Notes: a model not told the origin generated them from the sequence alone. A stretch of 64,000 nt of DNA from the human T2T-CHM13v2.0 reference genome, Homo sapiens (GCF_009914755.1 NC_060947.1); one strand, 5' to 3'. Counted from the first letter of the stretch, positions 40,706 to 58,109 are shown. Made by a program: numbers and translations.

Positions 40706-41228
40706 GTCTATCTACTTATCTATTTATCTATGTATCTATCTATCTACTATCTATGTATCTATCTATCTACTATCTATCTATATCTATGTATCTATTATCT
40801 ATCTATATCTATGTATCTATGTATTATCTATCTATATCTATCTATGTATCTATCTCTATCTACCTATCTATCATCTATGTATCTATTTATCTATCTAGCT
40901 ATCTATGTATGTATCTAGTATCTATCTATCTAGCTATGTATCTATGTATCTATGTATTATGTATCTATCTTCTATCTATATCTATCTATCTATGTATCTA
41001 TCTATCTCTATCTATCATCTATGTATCTCTCTATCTAGCTATCTATGTATCTAGTATCTATCTATCTGGCTATCTATGTATGTATCTATGTATTATCTAT
41101 CTTCTATCTATCCATCCATATATCTATCATCAGTCAATCAATCCTTTCATCGCTGTATCGCTCTATCCAGGTATCTTATCTATTTATTTTTCTCTTTCTA
41201 TATTTCTGTATCTCTAACTCATCTATAT
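40706..41228. repeat. (TCTA)n/(TATG)n compound tract
   Basis: Reverse-complement counterpart of the tract starting at 39193. Confidence 0.9.
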
Positions 41229-41229
41229 A

Positions 41230-41560
41230 CAGTCATCCCTTGTTATCTGTGAGGGATTGGTTCCAGGACACACGACAGATAATAGTAAAATTCATGGATG
41301 TGGCTGATATAAAATGGTGTAGTATTTGCATATTAGCTATGCACATCCTTCCAAATACCTTCAATTGCCTCTATATTACTTATAATACTTAATACAATGT
41401 AAGTGCTATGTAAATAGTTACTATACCATATTGTTCAGGGAATAATGTTTTAAAAAGTCTGTACATGTTCAGTACAGATGCATTTTTTTCCAAATATTTT
41501 TCATCTGTGGTTGGTTGAATCCACGGATTTGGAAGCCACAGATATGAACAGCCAACTCTG
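41230..41560 (+). mobile_element. MER2, full length
   Basis: CAGTCATCCCTTGTTATCTGTGAGGGATTGGTTCCAGGAC...GTTGGTTGAATCCACGGAT. Confidence 0.9.
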
Positions 41561-42205
41561 TGTGAGTGTGTGGGTATATATACATATGTATGTGTGTATA
41601 CATGTATATGTATATATGTATGTGTATATATGTATGTGTGTATATGTGTATATATGTGCGTATAGATGTATGTGTGTATATATGTACATGTATATATGTA
41701 TGAGTGTATATATGTGTGTGTATATGTATATGTGCATTTATATGTATATATGTATATGTGCATATATGTATGTGTATATATGTACACGTATATATGAGTA
41801 TATATGTGATTTGTATATATGTATGTGTATATATGTGCGTATGTATATGTATATGTGTGTATGTTTATATGTACATGTGTATATATGTACATGTGTGTAT
41901 ATATGTATATATGCATGTGTGTATATCTGTCTGCATGTACATGTATGTGTGTATATATGTATATGCACATGTCTGTGTGTACATATGTGTGTATATATGT
42001 ATATGTTTATATGCACGTATGTACATGTATATATGTGTGTATATATGTACATGTATATATGTATGTGTGTATATATGTGTGTATATATGTATGTGTGTGC
42101 ATATGTATGTGTATGTGTGTGTAGATATGTATATGTACGTGTGTATATATGTGTGAATATGTATGTGTGTATATATGTATATGTGTATTCGTGTATGTAT
42201 ACACT
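41560..42205. repeat. (TATG)n/(TG)n low-complexity tract
   Basis: ~640 nt of alternating purine-pyrimidine. Confidence 0.95.
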
Positions 42206-43054
42206 ACATTTATTCTATTTATCTCATAATTATGTATAAAACATGTAAGACAGATGCTAATTGTTGCCGCTCACCTACCTACATTTTCTCTTTAAGAAAC
42301 ATACGGTTTCAGATTTTAAAATGAAACAGACTTGAAGCCATGTGGAAATTTTTGACTGAAGTTCTCCAGTGGCCAATTTCTGTTTAAAAAATGTAAAAAG
42401 ACCAAGGATTTCACACACTCCATCAGGCACCTAATAAAGAGACTCATGCATCTGTCAGTAACAGCAGCCCAGCAACCCAGCATTGCACGGTTAGAATATC
42501 TACTAGGAAGTGAAAAATAAATAACCGTTGTATCTGAACCTTTACAGGGTCTCAAACACCTGCCTGATTCACAATGGTGCATAATTCCAGTGATTTCCAT
42601 TTATGAAGGTTCTTGGAGCACCTGGTCTCTCTTCCCTATGATCATGCAAAACCAGCTTTCAAAACCTTTTCATCGGCGGATTAAACAGATTCTCATTTCC
42701 CCTCTCCCTTAATACGTTCCAAGGTGTTTGAAAGAGTCGTGGATACATTTTAATTTTCTTAATCATAGTTTTGCGGCGAATTGTCACGTCACCGGGTTCA
42801 TTTGTTTGGAAGTGTATTGAAGCTTCCTCTTCTGTAACGTTATGAGATAATTGCTTTCTATCCAAATCCCATTCTGTGAATCCATGTGTCCAGTGGAGGG
42901 TGCCTGTACCCAAGCTAAGTTACTCTTTCAGCCCGGGAGGCTCTAAAATCCAAAGAATGCTTGCTTGTCTAAAACGTCCAGTTCAATATCTGGACCTTTG
43001 CTTTTTCTTTTCTTTTTTATTTTTAACCAGTAGCCTAGTTAGAAGGTCCCTTTC

Positions 43055-43666
43055 TCTTTATTTTTATTTTACTTTAACTTCTGGGATACATGTGCAGAAT
43101 GTGCAGGTTCGCTACAGAGGTATACATGTGCCATGGTGGTTTGCTGTACCTGTGAACCCGTCATCTAGGTTTTAAGCCCTGCATGCATTAGGTATTTGTC
43201 CTAATGCTCTCCCTCCCCTTGCCCCCCACCCCCTGACAGGCCCCTGTGTGTGATGTTCCCCTCCCTGTGTCCATGTGTTCTCATTGTTCAACTCCCACTT
43301 ATGAGTGAGAACATGCGGTGTTTGGTTTTCTGTTCTTGTGTTAGTTTGCTGAGAATGATGGTTTCCAGCTTCATCCATGTCCCTGCAAAGGACATGAACT
43401 CATTCTTTTTGATGGCTGCATAGTATTCCATGGTGTATATGTGCCACATTTTCTTCATCCAGTCTATCATTGATGGACATTTGGGTTGGTTCCAAGTCTT
43501 TGCTATTGTGAATAGTGCTGCAATAAACATACGTGTGCATGTGTCTTTATAGTAAACTGATTTATAATCCTTTGGGTGTATACCCAGTAATGGGATTGCT
43601 GGGTCAAATGTATTTCTGGTTCTAGATCCTTGAGGAATCGCCACACTGTCTTCTACAATGGTTGAA
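43055..43666 (-). mobile_element. 5'-truncated L1PA (3'UTR plus ORF2 C-terminus)
   Basis: ORF 43288-43677: FDPAIPLLGIHPK...MFIAALFTIAKTWNQPKCP...WMKLETIILSKL. Confidence 0.95.
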
Positions 43667-43669
43667 CTA

Positions 43670-44950
43670 TTTTTCATATCGTTTCTATTGCATAAGCACT
43701 TTCTTAAATAAAAAAAGTTTTATTCCTCCTTCCCAATATGTAGGCATTTTCTTAGCTTTTTTGAATTGCACTAGAGGGTCCTACAGTTTGCTTTTGTGTG
43801 AGACAGGACACTTTGCTGTGCTCCTGATCTTACCAGGAAGGCATTTAGCCCTTCCCTGCTAAGTATAATCAATAGCTGTCAGTTTGTAATGTGCTTTATA
43901 AGGTGGAAGAAATTGTCTCTATTCCTACTTTAAGATATATATATATATTTTAACATGAATGTGTACATTTGTCAACTGTCTTTTTGGCATTTACTGTAAT
44001 CATATGCTTTTAATTCTTTATTCTGTTGTCATGGTGAGTTACCTTGATCTGCTTCAAAGGCTGAGCCAACCCACATTTCTGGGATAGATTCTTTCCTTCC
44101 CCAACCCTTGGTCATGAAATATTCTCTTCTCCTCTCCTCTCTCCTCTCTTCTCCTCTCTCCTCTCTTCTCCTCTCTCCTCTCCTCTCTCCTCTCCTCCCT
44201 CCTCTCCTCTCTCCTCTCCTCTCCTCTCCCCTCCCCTCTCCTCTCCTTTTCGGTGTGTGATGTTCCCCTCCCTGTGTCCATGTGTTCTCATTGTTCAACT
44301 CCCACTTATGGGTGAGACTCTCTTTTCTTTCTTTTCTTTTCATTTATGTTTTTGAGACGGAGTCTCACTCTTGTCATCCAGGCTGGAGTGCAGTGGCGCG
44401 ATCTCAGCCTCACTGCAACCTCCGCTTCCCGGATTCAAGCGATTCTCCTGCCTCAGCCTCCCGAGTAGCTGGAATTACAGGCACCCAGCAGCACATCTTG
44501 CTAATTTTTGTTATTTTTAGTAGAGACGGGGTTTCGCCATGTTGACCAGGATGGTCTCAATCTCTTGACCTGGTGACCCGCCTGTCTCGGCCTCCCAAAG
44601 TGTTGGGATGACAGGTGTGAGCCACTGCACCCGGCCAATACTATTGTTTTAGTACTGGTGGTATTAATCTGTCAACATCTTGCGAAGCCAGCATTCCCTG
44701 GATACTAACACCAGACTAGGACATTGTCAGACTCTAAAACGAATGGCAAAGATTCCTCATGAGCAAATATACAAAAAGTCTTTAATATAATGGGCTGAGA
44801 AGTATATGCTTCCATTTTCTGGAAGCATTTCTATAGCATTGAGGTTTTTTTTTTCTTGAATAATTGGTAGAATTTACCTGTACAGCTGTTTGGGGTTGGA
44901 GTTTTCTTTGGGAGTATTTAATGGCAAATTCATTTACCTTATTCGATATA
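43670..44950 (-). mobile_element. Old L1M ORF2 fragments
   Basis: Degenerate motifs CCACATTTCTGGGATA and GAATAATTGGTAGAATTTACC. Confidence 0.5.
44124..44636 (-). mobile_element. AluSc-like (44320-44636) with an expanded (CTCCT)n tail containing a 65-bp L1PA piece
   Basis: Reverse Alu dimer; CT tract 44124-44250; L1 segment 44253-44317. Confidence 0.9.
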
Positions 44951-45728
44951 TAAGAGAGCAGTGAGTGAGCTGAGCCTCTTTCAAACCAGAACCCCTGTGG
45001 GATCCCAAGACCTTCCACTGAGCCAGATGCTGGAATCCACCTCAGTACCCCACGGAACTCAAAGAACAGGCTTAAACAGTGAGAAAAACACCCTTTCGAG
45101 TCAGATTAAAAACTGGGACATTTCCATGTTTCTGTTTGACGCCATTTGGTGCGTGTATAAATATAATCTCAAGGGATAACTTCCAGTTCCAGGCAGAGCA
45201 AAGGACCATGACGTCTCAGCCCAGAGAGAAAGGCTTTGAATATCTGCCATCCTCTCAGGAAAAAATAAAGGCGTTTTTCCATAGTTCCCTTCCGACTTAT
45301 CTTCCCCTTGACATATTGCATCAAATGCTTTAAAATTTTATTTTTGGTGTTGGCTCATGACTCACATCCATGCTTCAATGTCTGAAATCTAATTAATATT
45401 CTCTGAGTCCCCCTGTTGAGTTAGCCTGAAGTCCCAGCCTTTGAGCAGTGCTCAGATGTTACAGGAAGAAGAAAGTAATCGAAACTTGGTGAGTTTGAGA
45501 CACTTTTGAAATGTTCCTCTGCGTTTAGAGATCCTGCTAGTTCTCATCTCTTGCCAGTTCCAAAGTGTAACACATTCTGCTTCCCTGAGCTAATAAAAAT
45601 CAATTTCTGCTGCTCACAGTTTGTCTTTCTCAGAAAGACGGGTCTCAGGCTATTTGTCTTGGCCAGGTGCCACAGAAGTAACCGCAGGGAGAAACTGGTC
45701 TTGGATGTTCTGCCCGTAAGATTAGTCA

Positions 45729-46027
<299 letters not shown>

Positions 46028-46042
46028 TAATCATCTCCTGGG

Positions 46043-46355
46043 TTTTTTGTTTATTTTTATTTTTATTTTTTTTGATATGGAGTCTCACTCTCTGTCGCCC
46101 AGGCCGGAGTGCAGTGTCGCGATCTCAGCTCACTGCAACCTCCGCCACCCAGGTTCAAGCGATTCTCCTGACTCAGCCGCCTGACTAGCTGGGACTACAG
46201 GCACATGCCACCATACCTGGCTAATTTTTGTATTTTTAGCAGAGATGGGGTTTCACCATGTTGGCCAGGCTGGTCTCGAACTGCTGACCTCAAGATCCGC
46301 CCGCCTCAGCCTCCCCAAGTGTTGGGTTTACAGGCGTGAACCACTGTGCCTGGCC
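46043..46355 (-). mobile_element. AluS
   Basis: Full reverse dimer, tail-to-tail with the previous Alu. Confidence 0.95.
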
Positions 46356-46429
46356 AGAATGATCTGGTTTTAAACATCAATACTGCTGAGGTTGAGAAAA
46401 TCTTCTTTAGCATGAGAGACTCAGTCTAC

Positions 46430-47440
46430 ATATTCTCTCTCTGTCTTTCATCTGTCACTATTGTTATTATTCTATCTGTTCATCTATTAATATCTACATA
46501 TCTTCTATATATCATCTATTATCTAACATCTACCTATATCTATATATCATGTATTATCACGTATCTATCCATTGTCTATTTCTATCATTTATCATTCTGT
46601 GTATTGATCATCTTTTTTTCTATCATCTATGTAACTCATCTATCATCTGTCATGTCTATCATCTGTTTTTCTATCATCTGTGCATTGATCGATCTAGCAT
46701 CTATTATCCCTCTCTATCATCTATTGATCTATCTACATATCTATCCGTCTACCTACTTAGCATCTATCTGTCATCTATTGGTCTTTCTACATATCTACCT
46801 ACCTACCTACCTACTCAGCATCTATGTATCTGTGTATCCATCTATCATCTATTGATCTTCCTACATATCTACTTACCTACCTACTCAGCATCTATGTATC
46901 TATCTATCATCTATTGATCTCTCTACATATCTACCTACTAACCTACTCAGCGTCTATGTATCTATGTATCTATCTATCATCTATTGATCTCTCTACATAT
47001 CTACCTACCTACCTACTCAGCGTCTATGTATCTTTGTATCTAGCTATCATCTATTGATCTATCTACACATCTATCTACCTACTTAGCATCTATCATCTAT
47101 TGACCTATCTATATATCTATCTACCTACCTACTCAGCATCTATTATCTATCATCTATCTATCATCTATCTAATCTATCTATTGTCTATTGATCTATCTAC
47201 ACATCTATCTACCTACCTAGTTAGCATCTATCATCTGTTATCTATCTACATATGTGTCTACCTATCTACTTAGCATCTATCTATCATCTATTGATCTATC
47301 TATATATCTATCTATCTACCTACTTAGCATCTATCTCTGTATCATCTATTGATCTATCTACATATCTACCTACCTATCTACTTAGCATCTATCTATCACC
47401 TATTGGTCTATCTACATGTCTATATACCTACCTCCTTAGC

Positions 47441-47483
<43 letters not shown>

Positions 47484-47670
47484 ATCTATTGATCCATCTA
47501 CTTGTCTATATACCTACCTCCTTAGCATCTATCTAATCTATCATCTGTCTATCTATCTATCCAGCTATCTCTCATCTATTTACCTAAGTATTCTCTCTCT
47601 CTCTCTCTCACTCTTGCTCTCTCCCCCTTGCTCTCTCCCTACTACCTATCTATTATATATCTATCTATGG
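46430..47670. repeat. (TCTA)n-derived compound tract
   Basis: Recurring CATCTATTGATCTATCTACATATCTACCTACCTACT(C/T)AGCATCTAT blocks. Confidence 0.9.
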
Positions 47671-48004
47671 CAGTTGCTAGCAACCAGGTACGATGTTTTG
47701 CCCTAGGGCACATTTGGCAATGTCTGAACATATTCTTGGTGTCACAAGGCTGTTTGGCACATCTTGTGTAATTATGAATCTCCCAGAACATAGGCTTTTA
47801 TCAGGAAATCCTCATGGTTCTGCCCTCAGCATGTATCCCACAGGTGAGTACATTATGACCTCTAGGGTGCCCAGTGAAGTCTCAGCCCTCCACCACACAC
47901 CCTGTGCTTGACTTTTGAAGCCATCTCTTCCTGGTCTTTCTGCCTCTTACCTGACCCTTGGTCTATCAACTGTAGATAATCCTGGGGAATAATCATGCTG
48001 TTAC

Positions 48005-48385
48005 CTGAGTGGGCTGCTTTGAAGAATGTGTCCCAAATCCATCCAACGGGAACCTCAGAATGTGACCTTATTCGGAAATAAGATTTTTGCTGAAGTGATG
48101 AGTTAACACAACATCATATTGGAGGTGCATGGGCCTTAAGTCCAATGACAGGTGTCCTCACAAGAGACAGAAGAGGAGACACAGACACAGACGAGGAGGC
48201 CACATGGACATGGCGGCAGAGACTGGAATGATGTGGCCACAAGCCCATGGATGCCTGCCACCCCCAGGATCTGGGAGAGGCAGGAAGGATCCTCCCCTAG
48301 AACCTCCAGAGGGAGCTCAGCCCTGAGACACATTCAGTTCAGACTTGTGGTCTGCAGGACTGGGAGAGGATACATTTCTGTTCTA
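48005..48385 (+). mobile_element. MLT1C-derived (STIR-like) element
   Basis: GGAACCTCAGAATGTGACCTTATT...GGGAGAGGCAGGAAGGATCCTCCCCTAGAACCTCCAGAGGGAGCTCAGCCCT. Confidence 0.85.
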
Positions 48386-48389
48386 CCTG

Positions 48390-49247
48390 TCTGACTATCA
48401 TCTATCTATCATCTCTATTTATCTATCACCTCTATCTATCTATCGTCTATCCCTCATCTCCATCTATCTATTATCTATCGACCTATCATCAATCTATCAT
48501 CTATTATCTATCTATGTATCTATCTATCCTTTCCATCTATCATGTCTATTTATCTAACCTGTCTATTATCTATGTATCTCTCACCTCCATCTATTATCTA
48601 TCGATCTATCATCTATCTATCATCTATGTATCTCTCATCTCCATCTATTATCTATTATCTATTGATCTATCATCGATCATGTGTTATCTGCCTATCTATC
48701 TATCATCTATTATCTGTCTCTCATCTCCATCTATTATCTATCGATTTATCATTTATCTATCATCTATTATGTGTCTATCTATCCTTTCCATCTATCATCT
48801 CTATTTATCTATCCTATCTATGTACCTCTCATCTCCATCTATTATCTATCGATCTATCATCCGTCTATCATCTATGTATCTCTCATCTCCATCTATTATC
48901 TATCGATCTATCATCTATCTATGATCTATATATCTCTTATCTCCATCTGTCTATTATCTATCTATTGCCTATTGATCCATCATTATCTGCCTATCTATCA
49001 TCTATTATGTATGTATCGCTCATCTCCATCTATTTTCTATAGATCTATCATGTATCTATCATCTATTATGTATCTATCTATTATCTATGTATCTCTTATC
49101 TCCATCTATTATCTATTTTCTATAGATCTATCATCTATCTATCATCTATTATGTACGTATCTCTCATCTCCATCTATCTATTATCTATAGATCTATCATG
49201 TATCTATCTTCTATTATCTATCTATCTATCCTTTCCATCTATCTATC

Positions 49248-49279
<32 letters not shown>

Positions 49280-49305
49280 CCCTTTCCATCTATGTATCAT
49301 CTATC
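48390..49305. repeat. (TCTA)n-derived compound tract
   Basis: Recurring TATCTCTCATCTCCATCTATTATCTATCGATCTATCATC blocks. Confidence 0.9.
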
Positions 49306-49761
49306 ATTTACTGTGGTGTCCCGAGGATCACCCCCTGGGCTCTCATCAACAATGAGAATGAATCCCAGTGGACATCCTTTTGTTCAGGGTCTCCGGACAC
49401 CATCTCTGGACACCCTCCTCTTTTCTAACTCAAACTGCCACAGACCAAGATAAACATTTCAGCTGGAATTTCCACTTTGTGACCCTGGAGGAAGAATTTC
49501 CTATCCTTCAGGTCCCAGTCTTGATTTAGTCATTTCTGCTGGCTGATTGCTCTGTGATTTGTTAATTACCCACTTGCTCTTCAGTGACCACAATTTAATC
49601 TCAACTTAACAGGGTCGCGCTCCATACTCAGACCTTGGCGGATGTTTTCTTACTGACCAAAGACTGGATTTCTCAGGCATGTGTTTTCAGACACTGCTCA
49701 GAATCTACAGGCAGGAATGGCAGAGCTCATTTCAGGTCTTAGGAGCTCAGCACAAAATTAG

Positions 49762-50099
<338 letters not shown>

Positions 50100-50387
50100 C
50101 CAGAGTCAATTCTGATCATTCAGCGTGTAGAACAGCTCAGGAACCATGGATCTGGCTTGGTGTTTGCAGCCACCAGGTGCTTTCTCTATAGGCTGGTCCC
50201 CTTCCCATCTCTTCTTGTGGACTGGATTTGACCCCCTACCACCGCTCAGAGACACAGGTGGAAGCTCTGAGTCCACCATTACGACTGTATTTGGAGACAG
50301 GGTCTGTGAGGAGGTAACTGAGGTCAAATGTGATCATAAGTGTGGGGTTGTAACCTGGTAGAATTGTGTCTTTACAAGAAGAGTATT

Positions 50388-50788
<401 letters not shown>

Positions 50789-50834
50789 TTATCAGTGAGA
50801 ACAGGTCGTATTTCATTTTCTCTTCCTGTGTTAG

Positions 50835-51312
<478 letters not shown>

Positions 51313-51670
51313 TGAATAGTGACATGAACAGGTAGTTTTGAAAAGAAGGCATACGTATGGTCAAGAGTCATATGAGAAAAATTCTCAACATCACTAATCA
51401 TTAGAGAATTGCAAATCAAAACCACAATGAGATACCATCTCACTTCAGTCAGAATGGCTATTACTACAAAATCGAAAAACAGCAGATGCTGACGAGGTTA
51501 CAGAGAAAAGGGAACGCATATATGCTGCTGCTGGCAATATAAATTAGTTCAACCATTGTGGAAAGCACTGTGACAACTCCTCAAAGAACTAAAAACAGAA
51601 TTACCATTCTACCCAGCAATCCCATGATTGGGTATATACCTGACGGAATATAAATTGTTCTAGTGTAAAT

Positions 51671-52676
<1,006 letters not shown>

Positions 52677-52794
52677 TCATTGCAGCACTAACTTTTGGCT
52701 TTCTTTTCTGGTAGGATCCAAACGTTTTCACGGGTTGGTGCCATTTTATTCTGTTGTTAGCAAGCATCTATGACCTGTGGTGAGTTACTCCTAA

Positions 52795-52975
52795 GCAGTG
52801 GCTCTGAACTCTGGGTGCACAAAGGCATTTTATGGGAGCTTTTAGAAAATACTGAGGCTAGGATCCACCCCCAGAGACCCACGTTTATTTGATGGGAGGT
52901 TTCGGCTGGGTAACAGGAGTCCTAAGGTATCAGCAAGGGGTGGTGAAATGCAGAGAGTTTGAGAAACCGCTGAGC
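52795..52975. mobile_element. MER5A-like DNA transposon
   Basis: CAGTGGCTCTGAACT...CCACCCCCAGAGA...GTTTGAGAAACCGCTG. Confidence 0.65.
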
Positions 52976-53194
52976 TAGCCAGGTGTTCTGCACCTTAACT
53001 CCGCCATCCCTAGTGGGTTGGGGGTGCCCTCAGGAGTCAGTGAGGAGCCTCCAGTTTGGACGCGGCTTCAGCAGCTTGGCTGCAAGACATCCCATCAATA
53101 CAGGCCAGCCAAGATGAATCAATTTTCAGTTGCCTGTGGCCAGCTGCCCTGCAAAGCCAATTTGTAATCTGATCCCGTCCTTGTCCGGGGGAGC

Positions 53195-53261
53195 TTTCTT
53201 TTTTTTTTTTTTTTTTTTTTTGAGACAGAGTCGTGCTCTGTCACCAGGTTAGAATGCAGTG
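53195..53261 (-). mobile_element. Severely 5'-truncated Alu
   Basis: Poly(T) plus ~40 nt of Alu 3' end; TSD AGCTTTC. Confidence 0.85.
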
Positions 53262-53554
53262 AAGCTTTCAAATTTCCCTGGGATGCCTGGAAGCCTGTGG
53301 AGACAGAGAGGCTGTTTCTGTAGGGTTACCCGGTGGCCGCGCCAAAATGCTCAGCTCTGCGTTTCGGGGGGCCGGCATCCCCTGAGACTCAGTGAGAAAA
53401 GAAAACAAGGGCTAGAAGGAGGGTTAGTGGGACGGGTGAGAGGCTGTTTCAGTCATGGTATTCTGCAGTGTGCTGGCATACAAAATGCAGCATAGTGTCA
53501 TGCTTTGTGTTATATGTACTTTATAACACCTATAAAACATCTATAAGATGCGGA

Positions 53555-54001
53555 ATATATAATCGTGCAATTGTTTAAAAAGATATATATATATAATATA
53601 TATTATACATGGGATATATATGTTATAAAGTATATATAAAGATATATATTATATATAAAATATATATTTATAAAGACACGTATCTTTATATATAAAAGAT
53701 ATATATTTATCCATAAAGACATCTTTATATATTAAAGATATATCTATTTATAAAGACATATATCTTTTATATATATAAAAGATATATATTTATAAATAAA
53801 GACATATATCTTTATACATATAAAAAGATATATGTCTTTATTATATATTATATATATCTTTATATATATTATATATCTTTATTATATATATTATATATAA
53901 GATATACATTTATAAATATATATCTTTTATATATATAAAAGATATATATTTATAAATAAAGATATATATCTTTATATATATATTAAAGATATACATATAT
54001 A
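53555..54001. repeat. AT-rich palindromic tract
   Basis: Mostly A/T; perfect 50-bp palindrome at 53908-53957. Confidence 0.9.
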
Positions 54002-54290
54002 TTTTTTCTTTTGCAGGAGTCTCGCTCTGTCACCCAGGCTGCAGTGCAGTGGCGCAATCTTCACTGACTGCAACCTCTGCCTCCCAGGTTTAAGCAATTC
54101 TCCTGCCTCAGCCTCCTGAGTATCTGGGACTACAGGCACCCGCCACCATGCCTGGCTAATTTTTGTATTTTTAGTAGAGACAGGGTTTCACCGTGTTAGC
54201 TAGGATGGTCTCAATCTCCTGACCTCGTGATCCACCCACCTTGGCCTCCCAAAGTACTGGGATGACAGGCGTGAGCCACCTCACCCGGCC
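54002..54290 (-). mobile_element. AluY/Sc
   Basis: CACCGTGTTAGCTAGGATGGTCTC. Confidence 0.95.
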
Positions 54291-54607
54291 TATATGTGTT
54301 TTATTATATATATTATACACAGAATAGTTCAACTTTGTAGAAAAAAATTAGATTTTCCCACCTTGCATACAGATATACATATATTCTATCCTCCAGGATA
54401 GTTACCATATTATACATTATAACATATCATGTGTTATGTATAAAGTATGATATGGTATATGTTTGCATATCCAGTAGTGCAATTTATAGAAAATATAAGG
54501 TTTTTCCAGATTGCAATATGGATGTATGTATATCTTATTATATATCATATTGTCTACAATAGTTATATGTGCATAATAGTAAATACAATATGTAATACAG
54601 ATAATGC

Positions 54608-54657
<50 letters not shown>

Positions 54658-54683
54658 GCTATATGATAGAATATATAATAGTG

Positions 54684-55037
<354 letters not shown>

Positions 55038-55514
55038 TCAAATTACATTATCTGCAATAGAAATCATATTAGTATGTATAACACTCTATAACATATATAG
55101 TTATGTGTATAATGGATAATGTATAATACATAGTTATATAAGTTATGTCTATATAACACACATGTGTACATATAACACCCATACATGTAAGTATATAACA
55201 CATATATGTGTATATGACACACACATACGTGTATATGATGCATATACATATATGTATATAAGACATATATATATATATATGGGTTCACATAGAGGGTTTT
55301 GGCTTGGAGCTGGGCTCTTCAGCGAGCTGCTTCCAGCAGTGAATGGGACACGCACCCTGCACCACAGGCTCATGTGTATTAGAAATATTACTCAGTGCCC
55401 AGCACAGCACATCCCTGGGCTGGGGTGAGTCAATGGTGGGAGCTGCAGGCAGGGTGCACAGTGAGAGAGACCCTGATCCGGACCACTCAGCAAGGGCATG
55501 GTACAATGATTTTC

Positions 55515-56560
<1,046 letters not shown>

Positions 56561-56726
56561 AAAGATGAAAAAAATAACTCTAGTCGTGTTCTCCAGGGTT
56601 TAGAACAGCGGCAGAATAGGCAAGCTCATGCCTTGCAAATGGTGAGACCCTTTTTGACAAGTTGTTGGACAGCAATTCCTTTTCCATGAGATTTTTTTTT
56701 TTCCTAAGGATAAAAATGGAAAATGG

Positions 56727-57022
<296 letters not shown>

Positions 57023-57374
57023 GGCAAATGAAACATTAAGGATCAGACTGAGTTGCCGTGCCATTTATACATGGAGAAAACTCCAGAGGGATCTCATGTC
57101 CAAGGACCAGGACACAGCCAGGTAACAGCAAAGCTTCCATGCAACTGACAGGGTGAAAAAAATAGCGTGGATGGTCCCCACCGAGAAAGAAACCCAACAC
57201 ATTTTCCAGTGGAGAAAATGGGACTGGTGGGAGAACATCACGACGACGACGGTGCAGCAACTCAATCTACGCGCAGAGGTTATCTGGATTCAGCAGAAAA
57301 GGAAGGTGGCAGGTGTGACCGGTTTGCGTTTCATAAATATTTGCAACGCTTTTTAATTAATTAGTTAGTTTACT

Positions 57375-57661
57375 ATTTTTGAGATGGAGTTTCGCTCTTG
57401 TTGCCCAAGCTGGAGGGCGGTGGCGCGATCTCGGCTCACTGCAACCTCTGCCTCAGCTTCATGCAATTCTCCTGCCTCAGCCTCCTGAGTAGCTGGGATT
57501 ACAAGCGCCTGCCAGCACGCCCGGCTAATTTTTGAATTTTTAGTACAGATGGGGTTTCTCCAAATTGGCCAGGCTTGTGTCAAACTCTTGACCTCAGGTG
57601 ATCTGCCCGCCTCGGCCTCCCAAAGTGCTGGGATTACAGGTGTGAACCACTGCACCTGGCC
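57375..57661 (-). mobile_element. AluSq-like
   Basis: Reverse dimer with GCTCTTGTTGCCC. Confidence 0.95.
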
Positions 57662-58109
57662 ACATTTTTCCCCTCTTACAATGACAGTATCATGTTGCAT
57701 CAGGGGCCAACTCCGCTTCATTCTGACCAAATCTTTACGAATTGCATCTGCAAAGGCTCTATTTCCAAACGAGGTCACACTTGAGCTTCTGAGCAGACGT
57801 GAATTTGAGGGGTACATGTTTCAACCCCATTCACATCAACGTCTTTTTCTTCTTTAGCAATCAGTGAAGATAATAAGGTCATTTTTATTCTGAGAGGAAA
57901 TGTGAGTTCGTCTCGTCTCAGAGGATTGCTCAGAGTCCAGTTGAGCATGGCTGGGGTGCTAGGCTGTGCCGTTCTTGCTCTAAGCCCGAGGGATAACTAA
58001 TTTCCATTATTTTGTTCTTGCCGCCTCATAATTTGTCTACATGGGGGTGAGGAGAGTGAATGTCCTGTTACAGGAAGCTGTTGCGGGTGGACTATTTAAA
58101 GGGATTTCA

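Noticed and set aside
39162-42239. Long Ile/Tyr/Leu/Ser and Val/Cys/Met ORFs
   Set aside because: Translations of (TCTA)n and (TATG)n tracts
43288-43677. 129-aa ORF with real protein similarity
   Set aside because: C-terminal remnant of L1 ORF2p in a truncated L1, not a host gene
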